Assembly (NCBI GenBank): GCA_040754495.1
Contig: JBFMCO010000033.1
Span: forward strand, 1-33,454
Length of the DNA stretch: 33,454 nucleotides
Direction: 5' to 3'
DNA from: Candidatus Micrarchaeota archaeon
GTDB taxonomy: Archaea > Micrarchaeota > Micrarchaeia > Anstonellales > Bilamarchaeaceae
Shown: positions 24,618 to 33,454 of the stretch, in pieces
How positions within the stretch are numbered: the stretch's first letter is position 1
How the letters are laid out: every line of letters starts with the position of its first letter
Notes under the pieces: generated by a model
What the model saw: the letters and a program-made list of their open reading frames with translations, nothing else
Databases searched by the model: none
What the model was told of the DNA's origin: nothing
Position numbers and translations under genes: made by a program

Positions 24618-26685
24618 CGGCACCACTCTTGGCGGGTTCCCTGTTTCCGGTTTCCCGCTTCGCTTCGCCGCCTTTCTTCCACTTGGCTTTGGACGGACAA
24701 TTCGGGTCTATGCACATGCTATATCGCGTCCTCGCCTTTTTAACGTTTATAGTGGGCTTGCCGCAGTCCGGGCACGGCTTGTTCGCGGGCTGCACCAGGG
24801 CCTTCGGGGGGACCGGGTACGCGTTCCGGCAGGAGGGGTAGCCGGAGCAGCCGATGAACTGCCTCCCGTCCCTCATCCTTATTATGCGCAGCTGCTTGCC
24901 GCACTTGTCGCAGGGGCCGATAAGGCTCTCCCTCTCGAGCGAGAGCTTGAGGGCCTCGGCGAGGTCGGCGCCTATCTTCTCCTCGTTCGCCTTCCACTTG
25001 TCCAGTATCTGCGTGAGGATTTCGCGGCTCTCCTTTATCACCGAGTCCTTGTCGAGCTTCCCTTCCTGGATGGCTTCCATCTCCTCTTCCATCTTCCTCG
25101 TGAGGTTCTCGTCGAGTATCTCCGAGGCGTATTTCTGGAGGACGTCGCAGACCTTGAGCCCGAAATCGCTCACCTCTATGGACTTTGCCCCGCTGGCGTA
25201 GCCCCGCTTGAGGAGCGTGTCCACAATCACCGAGCGCGTTGCCTTGGTGCCCAAGTGGCGCTTTTCCAGCTCCGAGACTATGGATGCCTGCGTGTAGCGC
25301 TTGGGGGGCTTTGTCTCCTTCTTCGTCTTCTTCTTCCCCTTGGCGGAGACTTCCTCTCCCACCTTGAACTGAGGCAGCTCCACGTCCTCGGACGTGTAGT
25401 ATTTGCCGTAGAACTCCGTCCATCCCTTCTCCGTAAGGCGGCTGCCGCTCGCGGCGTAGATTTCGCCCCCGCAGTCCACCTCGACGCGGTTTCTTTCCCT
25501 TTTTGCCGGCGGGGCGAAGGCGGCGAGGAAGCGGCGCACGATGAGGTCGTAGAGGTTCTTCTCCGGGCCGGACACCTGGGACACCTGGCCGGTGGGATGT
25601 ATGGCCGGGTGCGCCGGGTCCTCCTTCTTGCCCTGCACGGGCTTGAGCCAGCCCTTGTCCAGCAGCTTCTTGGTGAGGGCCGAGTATTCGGGGTTCCTGG
25701 CAAGTGCCGAGACGATGGGCGGCAGCTTGATTGTCGGGGGAAGCTGCTGCGACGACGTTCTCGGGTAGGTTATCAGCGAGGCCTCGTAGAGGTTCTGCGA
25801 TATCTCGAGCGTGCGCGAGGGCGGGTAGCCGAATAGCCGGTACGCCTCCACCTGCAGGGTGGTGAGGTCGAAGTTGGGCTGCGCGGGGATTTCCTGTTCC
25901 TTGAGCTCCACCGCCTTCACGGTGCCGCTCTCCGAGGTCTTCGAGAGCGCCTCTTCCGCCTTCGCCTCCTCGAGGAAGCGCGCGGTCTTGTGCATGAACT
26001 CGACGTCCTTGATATGCACCGTCAGCTCCCAGTAGGGGGTGGGGACGAAGGCGCGTATCTCCCTCTCCAGCTCCGAGAGCATCATCAGGCCAGGCCCCTG
26101 CACGCGCCCGACCGAGAGCACCCGGTAGCGGTGCGCGCGGTGCAGGGCGCTCATGAGGGCGCGGCTTAGGTTGATGCCGTAATACCAGTCTACGATGTGG
26201 CGCGTCTCGCCGGCATAGGCGTTGTTGTAGTCGAACTCGCCCCGGTTCTCGTAGGCCTCCACGAGGTCCTCCTTCGTGAGGGCGGAGAATTTCATCCTCT
26301 TGCCGTCGCGTATGGTGGTCGCGAACCTGAATACGTTGTACGCTATAGTCGAGCCTTCTATGTCGTAGTCGCAGGCAGACACGAACGTGTCCGCCTTCTT
26401 CCCGAGCTTCATGAGGAGCTCCACGTACCCCTTGGTGTAGGCCGCCTCCTTGGACGTCTGGTAGGATGGTACCCATTCGATGTCGAAGACCGGGTAGCTC
26501 CTGGTCTTCTCCCTTTCCACAAGGGTGTATACATGGCCCACCGCCGGGGCGACCAAGACGGGCTTCCCGTCACGGACGGCTTCGAAATAATAATTGCCGT
26601 TGTGCGCCTTCCTCTCCACCTTATCGCCGATGGCCATCGCGATTTTCTCGGCTACGCGTGGCTTCTCAGCTACAATTAGCTCCAT
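24601..26685 (-). CDS. topA: DNA topoisomerase I (type IA) with C-terminal Zn ribbons
   Basis: LIVAEKP and ACDYDIEG TOPRIM motifs, SVGRVQGP, ITYPRT catalytic Tyr, AHPAIHPT, LGTKATR; CDKC...CSGYPSC and CPDC...C zinc ribbons. Confidence 0.97.
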   Translation of the reverse strand: MELIVAEKPRVAEKIAMAIGDKVERKAHNGNYYFEAVRDGKPVLVAPAVGHVYTLVEREKTRSYPVFDIEWVPSYQTSKEAAYTKGYVELLMKLGKKADTFVSACDYDIEGSTIAYNVFRFATTIRDGKRMKFSALTKEDLVEAYENRGEFDYNNAYAGETRHIVDWYYGINLSRALMSALHRAHRYRVLSVGRVQGPGLMMLSELEREIRAFVPTPYWELTVHIKDVEFMHKTARFLEEAKAEEALSKTSESGTVKAVELKEQEIPAQPNFDLTTLQVEAYRLFGYPPSRTLEISQNLYEASLITYPRTSSQQLPPTIKLPPIVSALARNPEYSALTKKLLDKGWLKPVQGKKEDPAHPAIHPTGQVSQVSGPEKNLYDLIVRRFLAAFAPPAKRERNRVEVDCGGEIYAASGSRLTEKGWTEFYGKYYTSEDVELPQFKVGEEVSAKGKKKTKKETKPPKRYTQASIVSELEKRHLGTKATRSVIVDTLLKRGYASGAKSIEVSDFGLKVCDVLQKYASEILDENLTRKMEEEMEAIQEGKLDKDSVIKESREILTQILDKWKANEEKIGADLAEALKLSLERESLIGPCDKCGKQLRIIRMRDGRQFIGCSGYPSCRNAYPVPPKALVQPANKPCPDCGKPTINVKKARTRYSMCIDPNCPSKAKWKKGGEAKRETGNREPAKSGADEEDS

Positions 26686-26765
26686 AGGAATCTGATTTCA
26701 GAGTTGAATCAGCAAGGTATATATAGGTAACTGGGTTTTTGTCGGCCCGGGAGTCCGGATATGGT

Positions 26766-27989
26766 TCAGTCGTACCTCAGCGCCTCCACCGGGTCCAGTT
26801 TCGCGGCCCTCCAGGACGGGATGAAGCCGGCGGCAATGCCGGTCCCTATCGAGAATATGAACACGAAGGCGATTATCCGCAGGCGCAGGAGCGCGGGCAC
26901 GTCGAAGAGGTCCACGAGGACCTGCAGGACGCCGTAGCCGAGGATGAGGCCGATTGTTCCGCCGGCAAGGCCCATGATGGCCGCTTCGGCGAGGAATATG
27001 GCCAGGATGTCCCTGCTTGTCGCCCCGAGCGACTTGAGGACTCCGATTTCCTGGACGCGCTCGAGCACGTTCATGAACATGGTGTTGGCTATGCCTATCG
27101 CGCCCACGACGGAAGCGATGAGCGTCACTGCTGCCAGGACCACCTGGACGCTGAGGAGGATGGTCCCGACTATCTCGGATATCTGCTCGGCGGTTATCAC
27201 GGAAAAGTCAAGGTCGTCCATCCTCACCTTGTGGTTCGCGGCGAGCTTGTGCTCGATGGCGTCCTTTATCTCGTCCGGGTTGAACCCCTCGTCCACCTGC
27301 ACGGCTATCATGCCGACCTCGTCCTCGAGAATCTGGCCCTCGAAAAGCTCCTTCCCGTCATCGAACGGGACGTATATCTGCGCATCGTCCGAGGCTGAGA
27401 GGGACGTGCCTATGCGCTTCTGGACTCCAACGACGCGGTAGTCGTGGTCGTTCATGCGGACTATGCTCCCCACCTTGACTTCGTCCTTCCCGAACAGCGT
27501 CGTGGCGGCGTCGGCCCCGAAGAAGGCGACCTTTCGGTCCCCCTCCCTGAATGTCCGGCCTGACTCCACTTCTATGTAATCCGGGTACATGTCGAAGAAT
27601 TCCTTGTCCGAGGCGATTACGAACCCGCTGATGTTCTTGTCCCGGAAGCTGATGCTCACCCTGCCGAAAAGGGCCCTCGCGACGTTCTTCACGCCGGGTA
27701 TCCCCTGGATGTCTTCGAAGTCCGCCTGCCTGAGCTTGCCGCTCGTCTGCTGCAGCGCCCCGCCACCCGCGAATGCCTCGCTCACGTCGGATATGGGGTA
27801 GATGAACATCTGGTCTGCGCCGAACGATGATACCTGCTTCGTTATGTCCTGGTTGAACCCCTCGCTTATGGAGAGTATGACCACGATGGCCACGACGCCG
27901 ATTACCATGCCGATGACGGTAAGCCAGCTCCGCAGCGAGCGCCTGCGCAGGTTCTTGATGGAGTAGAGGAACGAGTCCGAAAGGTCCAT
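26766..27989 (-). CDS. ABC transporter permease (MacB/FtsX-like)
   Basis: RSWLTVIGMVIGV; IGIANTMFMNVLERVQEIGVLKSLGA; AAKLDPVEALRY. Confidence 0.93.
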   Translation of the reverse strand: MDLSDSFLYSIKNLRRRSLRSWLTVIGMVIGVVAIVVILSISEGFNQDITKQVSSFGADQMFIYPISDVSEAFAGGGALQQTSGKLRQADFEDIQGIPGVKNVARALFGRVSISFRDKNISGFVIASDKEFFDMYPDYIEVESGRTFREGDRKVAFFGADAATTLFGKDEVKVGSIVRMNDHDYRVVGVQKRIGTSLSASDDAQIYVPFDDGKELFEGQILEDEVGMIAVQVDEGFNPDEIKDAIEHKLAANHKVRMDDLDFSVITAEQISEIVGTILLSVQVVLAAVTLIASVVGAIGIANTMFMNVLERVQEIGVLKSLGATSRDILAIFLAEAAIMGLAGGTIGLILGYGVLQVLVDLFDVPALLRLRIIAFVFIFSIGTGIAAGFIPSWRAAKLDPVEALRYD

Positions 27990-27990
27990 G

Positions 27991-29199
27991 TCACTCGTAC
28001 CTCAGGGCCTCGATGGGGTCCACCTTCGCGGCTTCTATGGCAGGGAAAGTGCCGGAAACAAGCCCTATCCCGATAGAGAATAGCGCCGAGCCAGCCATTA
28101 CGAGGGGGTCGAAGACGAACGTAACCGCGAAAATGGCGCTCAGCGCAGCCCCGATGAGCGCCGCGGTCGCGATGCCAAGGAAGCCGCCCGTGAAGCCTAT
28201 GACCGAGCTTTCGACGAGGAACAGGTCGCGGACCTGCTCAGTCCTCGCTCCTATCGCCTTCATGGTGCCTATCTCGCGCCTGCGCTCGAGGACGCTCATG
28301 AACATCGTGTTCGAGATGCCTACTGCGCCTACCGCGAGGGAAATCGAGGCGATGGCGCCGAGGAACAGCGAGAGGAGGTCCAGTATCCCGCTGAACTGCC
28401 TGTTTATGAAGGTCGGGCTCACCACGCGGAAATCCTCGTCGCCCTCGGCCACGCGGTGCGATGCCCGCATGATGTCTTCTATCTCCGCCGCCGCGGCATC
28501 GACGTCCGAGCCTTCCTTGAGCGTGAGGCGGATGGCGGATATCTCGCCCTGGAGCAGTGATTCGTTGAACATCTCCCTCGCGTCATTGAACGGGATGAAC
28601 ACGACGTTGTCTATGGGGGCGAACGTATTGCCCGTGGGCTTCAGCACGCCGATTACCTTGAACTTCCTGCCGCCCAGCTCCATGTTGGACTGCGTCTTCA
28701 CCGGCTCGTCGAAACCGTCCGCGATGTCCGCGCCGAGGCCGGTGACGCCGCGGTCGGAATCCTCCAGGAACCGGCCCGAGGAGATTTCGACCGGCACCGT
28801 ATCGTCGAATACGCCCGCCTCGATGCCATACACGCTCGCGCTTATGGACTCGTTCTTGAACACGACCGTCGTCTGGCTGCTGATGATTTTTGTTATGCTG
28901 CTTATGCCGGGATACTTCTCCACCCTTTCGAAATCCTTCTCGAACAGCTTGCCTTTCGTGGGAACGAAGGTCGAGCCGCCGCCGAATCCGCCCACAGCGG
29001 TCTTCGGGGCGATGATTATCGTCCGGGGGCCGAAGTCCTCGAGCTGCTTCAGGACGTCCTGCTTGAGGCCCTGCACGAGCCCCACGAGGAGTATCACCGA
29101 CGATACCCCCACGACTATGCCGAGGACGGTCAGGAAGGAGCGGAGCTTGTGGTGCTGGAGGTAGTCGACGCTGTAATAAAGCATCTCAAGGACGTTCAT
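27991..29199 (-). CDS. ABC transporter permease (MacB/FtsX-like), paralogue
   Basis: RSFLTVLGIVVGV; GISNTMFMSVLERRREIGTMKAIGA; AAKVDPIEALRYE. Confidence 0.93.
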   Translation of the reverse strand: MNVLEMLYYSVDYLQHHKLRSFLTVLGIVVGVSSVILLVGLVQGLKQDVLKQLEDFGPRTIIIAPKTAVGGFGGGSTFVPTKGKLFEKDFERVEKYPGISSITKIISSQTTVVFKNESISASVYGIEAGVFDDTVPVEISSGRFLEDSDRGVTGLGADIADGFDEPVKTQSNMELGGRKFKVIGVLKPTGNTFAPIDNVVFIPFNDAREMFNESLLQGEISAIRLTLKEGSDVDAAAAEIEDIMRASHRVAEGDEDFRVVSPTFINRQFSGILDLLSLFLGAIASISLAVGAVGISNTMFMSVLERRREIGTMKAIGARTEQVRDLFLVESSVIGFTGGFLGIATAALIGAALSAIFAVTFVFDPLVMAGSALFSIGIGLVSGTFPAIEAAKVDPIEALRYE

Positions 29200-29202
29200 A
29201 GC

Positions 29203-30645
29203 TCACTTCTTCCTGAACCGGAACCACCATACGAGGGCCGCGAGCACCGCAGCGCCGGCTATCAGGGGGAGCATGCTCCCTTCCTGCGCCGGCGCGTTGT
29301 ACACGCTTACGTCCTGGGTGATGGTCTTCTGCCTCCACTCCCCGGACTGGTCGCGGTAGTTCACCGTTATCCGGACCGGATACTCCCCCTCGCCCGTCGC
29401 GTTCACCCGCATCTGGAACTGGACGGTCGAGAAGTCGTCGTTCGAAAGCCCGCCGATGTACTGCTTCTCGGATATGTCCACCGAGCGCAGCGCAGGAGAT
29501 GAGAGCGACACGTCGACGTTCTCGATGCGGTAGGAGCCGAGGTTCGAGACGAGCACCGAGATGGTGTGGTCCTGGCCCGCGGTCAGGGGCAGGGGCCGGG
29601 CCTCGAGGTAGACGCCGACGTCCGCGTCGGACGTCATCGTTATCGGCACCTTGCGCTCCTCCTCCTTCCGGACGTCCCTCTCTATCCAGCTCAGCCCGGC
29701 ATCGACCAGGTTTACCCCCGGGGGGAGGTCGGCGAAGACCGTCGCGTTCGCGAGTGCCGTCTCGCCCGGGCCGAGGTCGCCGAATTTCAGCTCGTTCTCG
29801 TCCTTGAGGCGGACCGTGCCGTTGCTGAATTTGAGCCGGACGTCCTTGAGCGTCTCGGTGCCCAGGTTCGTTATGGACAGCGCGAGCGTCCCCTCCTTCT
29901 TGGTTACAAGCTCGCTCAGCTGCGCGATGGCAAGGTCGAGCGCCTCGGGGCGCACCGTCACCCGGACGGTCTTGTTCTCCTCGTGCGGAATGCCCAGCTC
30001 GTCATCGTAGAGAAGCGTGACGACGAGGTCGGCCGGGCCTTCCGTGACATCCCTCGAATCGAGGATTGCCCCGAAGGTGGCGGTGTCGCGGACCTCCCCA
30101 ACGTAAATCTGGGAAAGGCCGTAGAGGCTTATGTTTCCCGGCAGCTTCACCCGCAGGTTCCTGGCGACGCCGCCGTCGTTTTCCAGGGTGAAATTGACCG
30201 CGTCCGTGCTGGTCAGCAGCTGCTTCCCGATGCTCACGGAAAACTCGGGCTGGTCGGCCACGACCACGGGAATCGAGACCGTGTTGATGGAAAGCTTGGC
30301 CTGCGTCTCCACTTCCGTGTATCCCCTGAATGTGAGCGTGACGAGGTATATGCCCGCCTTGGCACCGTCTCGCACCTTGAAAGGCACCGTGACGATTGTC
30401 GAGCCCCCGCTGCTGATGTCCGCAAGCGAGGGCGTGCCGGTCAGGACGATTTCATAGGGGGCGTCGATATCCATGGTGACGCTGCTCACCCTTTCCGCAC
30501 CGACGGGGTTCGTGACCGAGACGGTTATCGCCCCGGGGTCGTTCTGGTTGAACGTCTCCTTGGACACCGTGAAATTGTTCACGGAAAGCCCGGCGAACGC
30601 TATGCCGAGCGCGAGCAGAACCAACAGCATTGCCTTCAGTTTCAT
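29203..30645 (-). CDS. COG1361-type S-layer/Ig-fold protein with C-terminal TM anchor
   Basis: Signal peptide, repeated ITNLG..LKDV / FGDLGPGET / IGGLSNDDFSTVQF Ig-like units, C-terminal TM + RFRKK. Located in an ABC operon. Confidence 0.85.
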   Translation of the reverse strand: MKLKAMLLVLLALGIAFAGLSVNNFTVSKETFNQNDPGAITVSVTNPVGAERVSSVTMDIDAPYEIVLTGTPSLADISSGGSTIVTVPFKVRDGAKAGIYLVTLTFRGYTEVETQAKLSINTVSIPVVVADQPEFSVSIGKQLLTSTDAVNFTLENDGGVARNLRVKLPGNISLYGLSQIYVGEVRDTATFGAILDSRDVTEGPADLVVTLLYDDELGIPHEENKTVRVTVRPEALDLAIAQLSELVTKKEGTLALSITNLGTETLKDVRLKFSNGTVRLKDENELKFGDLGPGETALANATVFADLPPGVNLVDAGLSWIERDVRKEEERKVPITMTSDADVGVYLEARPLPLTAGQDHTISVLVSNLGSYRIENVDVSLSSPALRSVDISEKQYIGGLSNDDFSTVQFQMRVNATGEGEYPVRITVNYRDQSGEWRQKTITQDVSVYNAPAQEGSMLPLIAGAAVLAALVWWFRFRKK

Positions 30646-30648
30646 TCT

Positions 30649-31326
30649 TCACACCTTCTCTATCTGGCCATCCTTTATCTTTATCACGCGGTCAGTCACC
30701 TTAGAGATGTACTGGTCGTGCGTGATTATAAGTATCGTCCTCCCTTCCTGGTGCAGTCTGCCCAGTATCTGGAGTATCTCGTGCCCGGTCTTCGAATCCA
30801 GGTTCCCGGTCGGCTCGTCGGCGAGCACCAGCTCCGGGTCGTTTATGAGCGCCCTCGCTATGGCGACGCGCTGCCGCTGCCCCCCCGAGAGCTCGTTGGG
30901 ATGGTGATGCAGCCGGTCCCCGAGGCCGACGAGAGCGAGCAGCTCCGTGGCCTTCTCCCGCCGGTAGGCGGCATGGTCGCCCTTGAGCATGAGTGGGAGC
31001 TCGACGTTCTCCAGGGCCGTCAGGGACGGTATGAGGTTGAACGTCTGGAATATGAACCCGATTTTTTCCCCCCGTATACTCGCCTGCTCCTCCTCCCTCA
31101 GCGTGCTGGTGTCGATGCCATCAAGATAGCGCTTCCCGGATGTCGGGGTGTCAAGCAGCCCTATGAGATGGAGGAGGGTCGATTTGCCGGAGCCGCTCGG
31201 GCCGAGGATGGAGACGAATTCGCCCTTCCCCACCGCGATGTCGACGCCGCGCAGGGCCTCTACGCTCACGCCTTTCCCCATCCGGTATACCTTTGTCACC
31301 TTCTCCAGGCGTATGACGTCATTCAT
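30649..31326 (-). CDS. ABC transporter ATP-binding protein (LolD/MacB type)
   Basis: GPSGSGKST, LSGGQRQRV, LADEPTGNLD, ITHD. Start 31326 (MNDVIRL) overlaps the PadR stop. Confidence 0.95.
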   Translation of the reverse strand: MNDVIRLEKVTKVYRMGKGVSVEALRGVDIAVGKGEFVSILGPSGSGKSTLLHLIGLLDTPTSGKRYLDGIDTSTLREEEQASIRGEKIGFIFQTFNLIPSLTALENVELPLMLKGDHAAYRREKATELLALVGLGDRLHHHPNELSGGQRQRVAIARALINDPELVLADEPTGNLDSKTGHEILQILGRLHQEGRTILIITHDQYISKVTDRVIKIKDGQIEKV

Positions 31327-31688
31327 GCGACCATCTCCCTCAGGAACTGGCGCTTGAGGCTGCTCTGGAACACGCACCTGCGCGCTTCCCTGAGGGCTTC
31401 CTTTCCCTTGCCGGTTATGTGGTAGACCTTGCGCACGCGCCTGCCGTGCATCTTCCGCTCCGCCGTCACGAGCCCCATGCGCGTGAGATTCTTGAGGACC
31501 GGGTATATCTGGCTCGGCGCGAGCATGCGCATCCCCCTCTCGCCCTCAATCCTTTTGAGGATTTCGTAGCCGTGGATGGGGCCCTTTGATATCAGCCAGA
31601 GCATGAACGTCGAGAAGAGGTATCTCATCATCTGCTTCTCGAAGCCCCTGCGGCTGGCTGGGGGGGCATCCATTTTACCTGTATTCAT
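31323..31688 (-). CDS. PadR-family transcriptional regulator
   Basis: PIHGYEILKRI...SQIYPVLKNL...GLV...RKVYHITGKGKE. TATA-like sequence at 31711-24. Start 31688 or 31673. Confidence 0.9.
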   Translation of the reverse strand: MNTGKMDAPPASRRGFEKQMMRYLFSTFMLWLISKGPIHGYEILKRIEGERGMRMLAPSQIYPVLKNLTRMGLVTAERKMHGRRVRKVYHITGKGKEALREARRCVFQSSLKRQFLREMVA

Positions 31689-31806
31689 TTTATCAGATAT
31701 ATAGTATTTCTTATATATTTTAAAGCAGATATGTCCACCGCTAGCGGCCGCCGGCAGCCCCGCCCCTGCGGCGGGATTTATATTTTCATTCGCCCAACAT
31801 GGGAGC

Positions 31807-33057
31807 ATGGCCGAGTATGCTGTGAAGGATGCCGCCCTGGCAGGCCAGGGCGCGCTCAACATAGAGTTTGCGGAAAGGAACATGCCCATCATGGGCCGCA
31901 TTGCCGCACGGTTCCGGAAGGAACTGCCCTTCAAGGGGCTGACGGTGGGCCTGGCGCTGCACGTCACGAAGGAGACGGCCGTGCTCGTGCGCACGCTCGC
32001 GGCAGGCGGGGCGAAAGTCGCCCTGGCAAGCTGCAACCCCCTCTCTACGCAGGACGACGTGGCCGCAGCACTGGCCGGGGAAGGGTTCGCTGTTTTCGCG
32101 AAAAAAGGCGAGACGAAGGACGAGTATTACAGGTACATAGACGAGGTCATATCGCGCTCGCCCGACATCACTATTGACGATGGCTGCGACCTTGTGACGG
32201 CATTGCACACGAGGCGCAAGGAAAAGCTGGGCAATGTCATCGGCGGGTGCGAGGAAACGACAACTGGGGTGATAAGGCTGAGGGCCATGGAAAAAGACGG
32301 CGCCCTGAAATACCCTGTCATCGCGGTCAATGACAACAAGACGAAGCACCTCCTCGACAACTACTACGGCACCGGCCAGTCCACGATAGATGGCATCCTC
32401 AGGGCCACCAACACCCTTATTGCGGGCAAGACGTTCGTGGTGTGCGGCTACGGCGACTGCGGCAAGGGCGTCGCGCTGAGGGCAAGGGGGATGGGTGCGA
32501 ACGTTATAGTGACCGAGGCGGACGCGTTCCGGGCCATGCAGGCAGTCCTCGACGGGCACCGCGTCATGCCGATGGCCGAGGCCGCGCCGCTTGGCGACAT
32601 ATTCCTCACGGTGACCGGCGACAAGCACGTGATAAGGCACGAGCATGTGTTGGCGATGAAGAGCGGGGCAATCCTGGCCAATTCCGGGCACTTCGACGTG
32701 GAGATAGACGTCGAGACCCTGAACGCGAAACATGGGAAGCGCCGCATCAGGCCGTACCTGGACGAGTACGACGTGGACGGGAAGAGGGTATACGTCTGCG
32801 GGGAGGGGAGGCTCGTTAACCTCGCCGCGGCCGAGGGGCACCCGAGCGAGGTCATGGCCACCTCGTTCGCCGGCCAGGCCCTCGCGTGCGAGCACATCGC
32901 GAAGATGAGGGGGAAGCTGAAGCCTCAGGTGATAACCCTGCCCGGGGAGATAGACGATTCCATAGCAAGGCTCCAGCTCGAGGAGATGGGCGTGAAGATA
33001 GACACCCTGACAAAAGAGCAGATTGCGTATCTTGGCGGCTGGAAGGAGGGGACGTAA
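31807..33057 (+). CDS. ahcY: S-adenosylhomocysteine hydrolase
   Basis: [67 protein letters not shown]. Confidence 0.97.
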   Translation: MAEYAVKDAALAGQGALNIEFAERNMPIMGRIAARFRKELPFKGLTVGLALHVTKETAVLVRTLAAGGAKVALASCNPLSTQDDVAAALAGEGFAVFAKKGETKDEYYRYIDEVISRSPDITIDDGCDLVTALHTRRKEKLGNVIGGCEETTTGVIRLRAMEKDGALKYPVIAVNDNKTKHLLDNYYGTGQSTIDGILRATNTLIAGKTFVVCGYGDCGKGVALRARGMGANVIVTEADAFRAMQAVLDGHRVMPMAEAAPLGDIFLTVTGDKHVIRHEHVLAMKSGAILANSGHFDVEIDVETLNAKHGKRRIRPYLDEYDVDGKRVYVCGEGRLVNLAAAEGHPSEVMATSFAGQALACEHIAKMRGKLKPQVITLPGEIDDSIARLQLEEMGVKIDTLTKEQIAYLGGWKEGT

Positions 33058-33063
33058 GCGGTC

Positions 33064-33148
33064 TTCCGTCCCCTGTTTCCGGCATCCTGCCTCCGGACCA
33101 AAACACGAAACCGGGAACCGGATGCGGTCTGCCGGATGCTGGAAAACT
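33064..33148. repeat. Heptamer-type repeats in inverted arrangement
   Basis: ccctgtttccggcatcc...cacgaaaccgggaaccggatgc...ctggaaaact, same family as 5478-5570. Confidence 0.55.
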
Positions 33149-33240
33149 TCTGCGGCCGATAATAAACGTTGCGCTTCTTTTTGGAAAATTTGCCGCCGGC
33201 TGGAGTGAGGGCCTTAATAAGGGGCTGCCGTCGTTCTCCC

Positions 33241-33351
33241 ATGACAGCCCTCCGGCGCATGAGCCCGGCAGACGAGAGGAGCGTGCGCGAGTTCTTCAGG
33301 GACGCCAAAAACCTGGCGGTAGAGGACATTGATAGTCTAGGACAAAATTAG
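33241..33351 (+). pseudogene. 5' fragment of a small gene, probably interrupted near 33333
   Basis: TATA-like TTAATAA 33214-20, then ATG 33241 with GC-rich codons up to about 33330. Composition then switches abruptly to AT-rich and the frame stops. Confidence 0.35.
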
Positions 33352-33454
33352 ACGAACTTTTATAAATTGTCCTCCGTAGATACTATCTATGGTCTGGCAT
33401 CTACCAAAAGGAGATGAATTCCTCCCCAAAATATCCGTTGAAGAGTTAAGGCAA
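33333..33454 (+). mobile_element. Probable left end of an IS630-like element with partial transposase (CDS 33389 to window end)
   Basis: AT-rich sequence from TA at 33333; small IR GTCTA/TAGAC; TATA TTTTATAAA 33358-66. ORF MVWHLPKGDEFLPKISVEELRQ resembles N-termini I recall from archaeal IS630-family HTH transposases. Only 22 codons are visible. Confidence 0.45.

Noticed and set aside
26691-26712. Imperfect IR CTGATTTCA-GAGT-TGAATCAG upstream of topA
   Set aside because: Short, bulged, single copy; cannot be distinguished from chance.
32925-33329. 134-aa minus-strand ORF
   Set aside because: Overlaps the ahcY 3' end and heptamer repeats; no recognisable features.

Overview
GC-rich archaeal chromosome segment. 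TATA boxes about 25 nt upstream of many starts, TFB, topoisomerase VI, COG1361 S-layer-like protein and archaeal-type PGK all point to Archaea. The Cys-rich lipoproteins and giant orphan membrane protein suggest DPANN, probably Micrarchaeota (inference). Housekeeping genes: Dim2/Pno1 KH protein, top6B/top6A, tfb, MTA/SAH-type deaminase, CorA-like, pgk, topA, a PadR + ABC exporter + COG1361 operon, and ahcY. They flank a ~13 kb accessory block of envelope genes (5678-18485): a Cys-rich lipoprotein with a lytic-transglycosylase (SLT) motif set, a 1601-aa single-pass protein ending in a Zn ribbon, an ATPase-wHTH regulator behind a palindromic operator, a membrane-anchored single-HKD PLD/nuclease, a membrane-tethered wHTH, a DUF5667-like acidic protein, and a FecR-like lipoprotein that stops exactly at the VRG|T autocleavage position. 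Non-coding highlights: two tandem box C/D sRNAs downstream of tfb, each with its own TATA, one predicted to guide 2'-O-methylation of tRNA-Leu(CAA) C34; a family of modular hairpin elements (core TGGC-TGCG-GCCA) at three intergenic sites; and dispersed GGAAACC-type heptamer repeats. The window probably ends in the left end of an IS630-like element inserted into a small gene. No tRNA, rRNA or CRISPR array was seen. All calls come from motif recognition, with no database searches.
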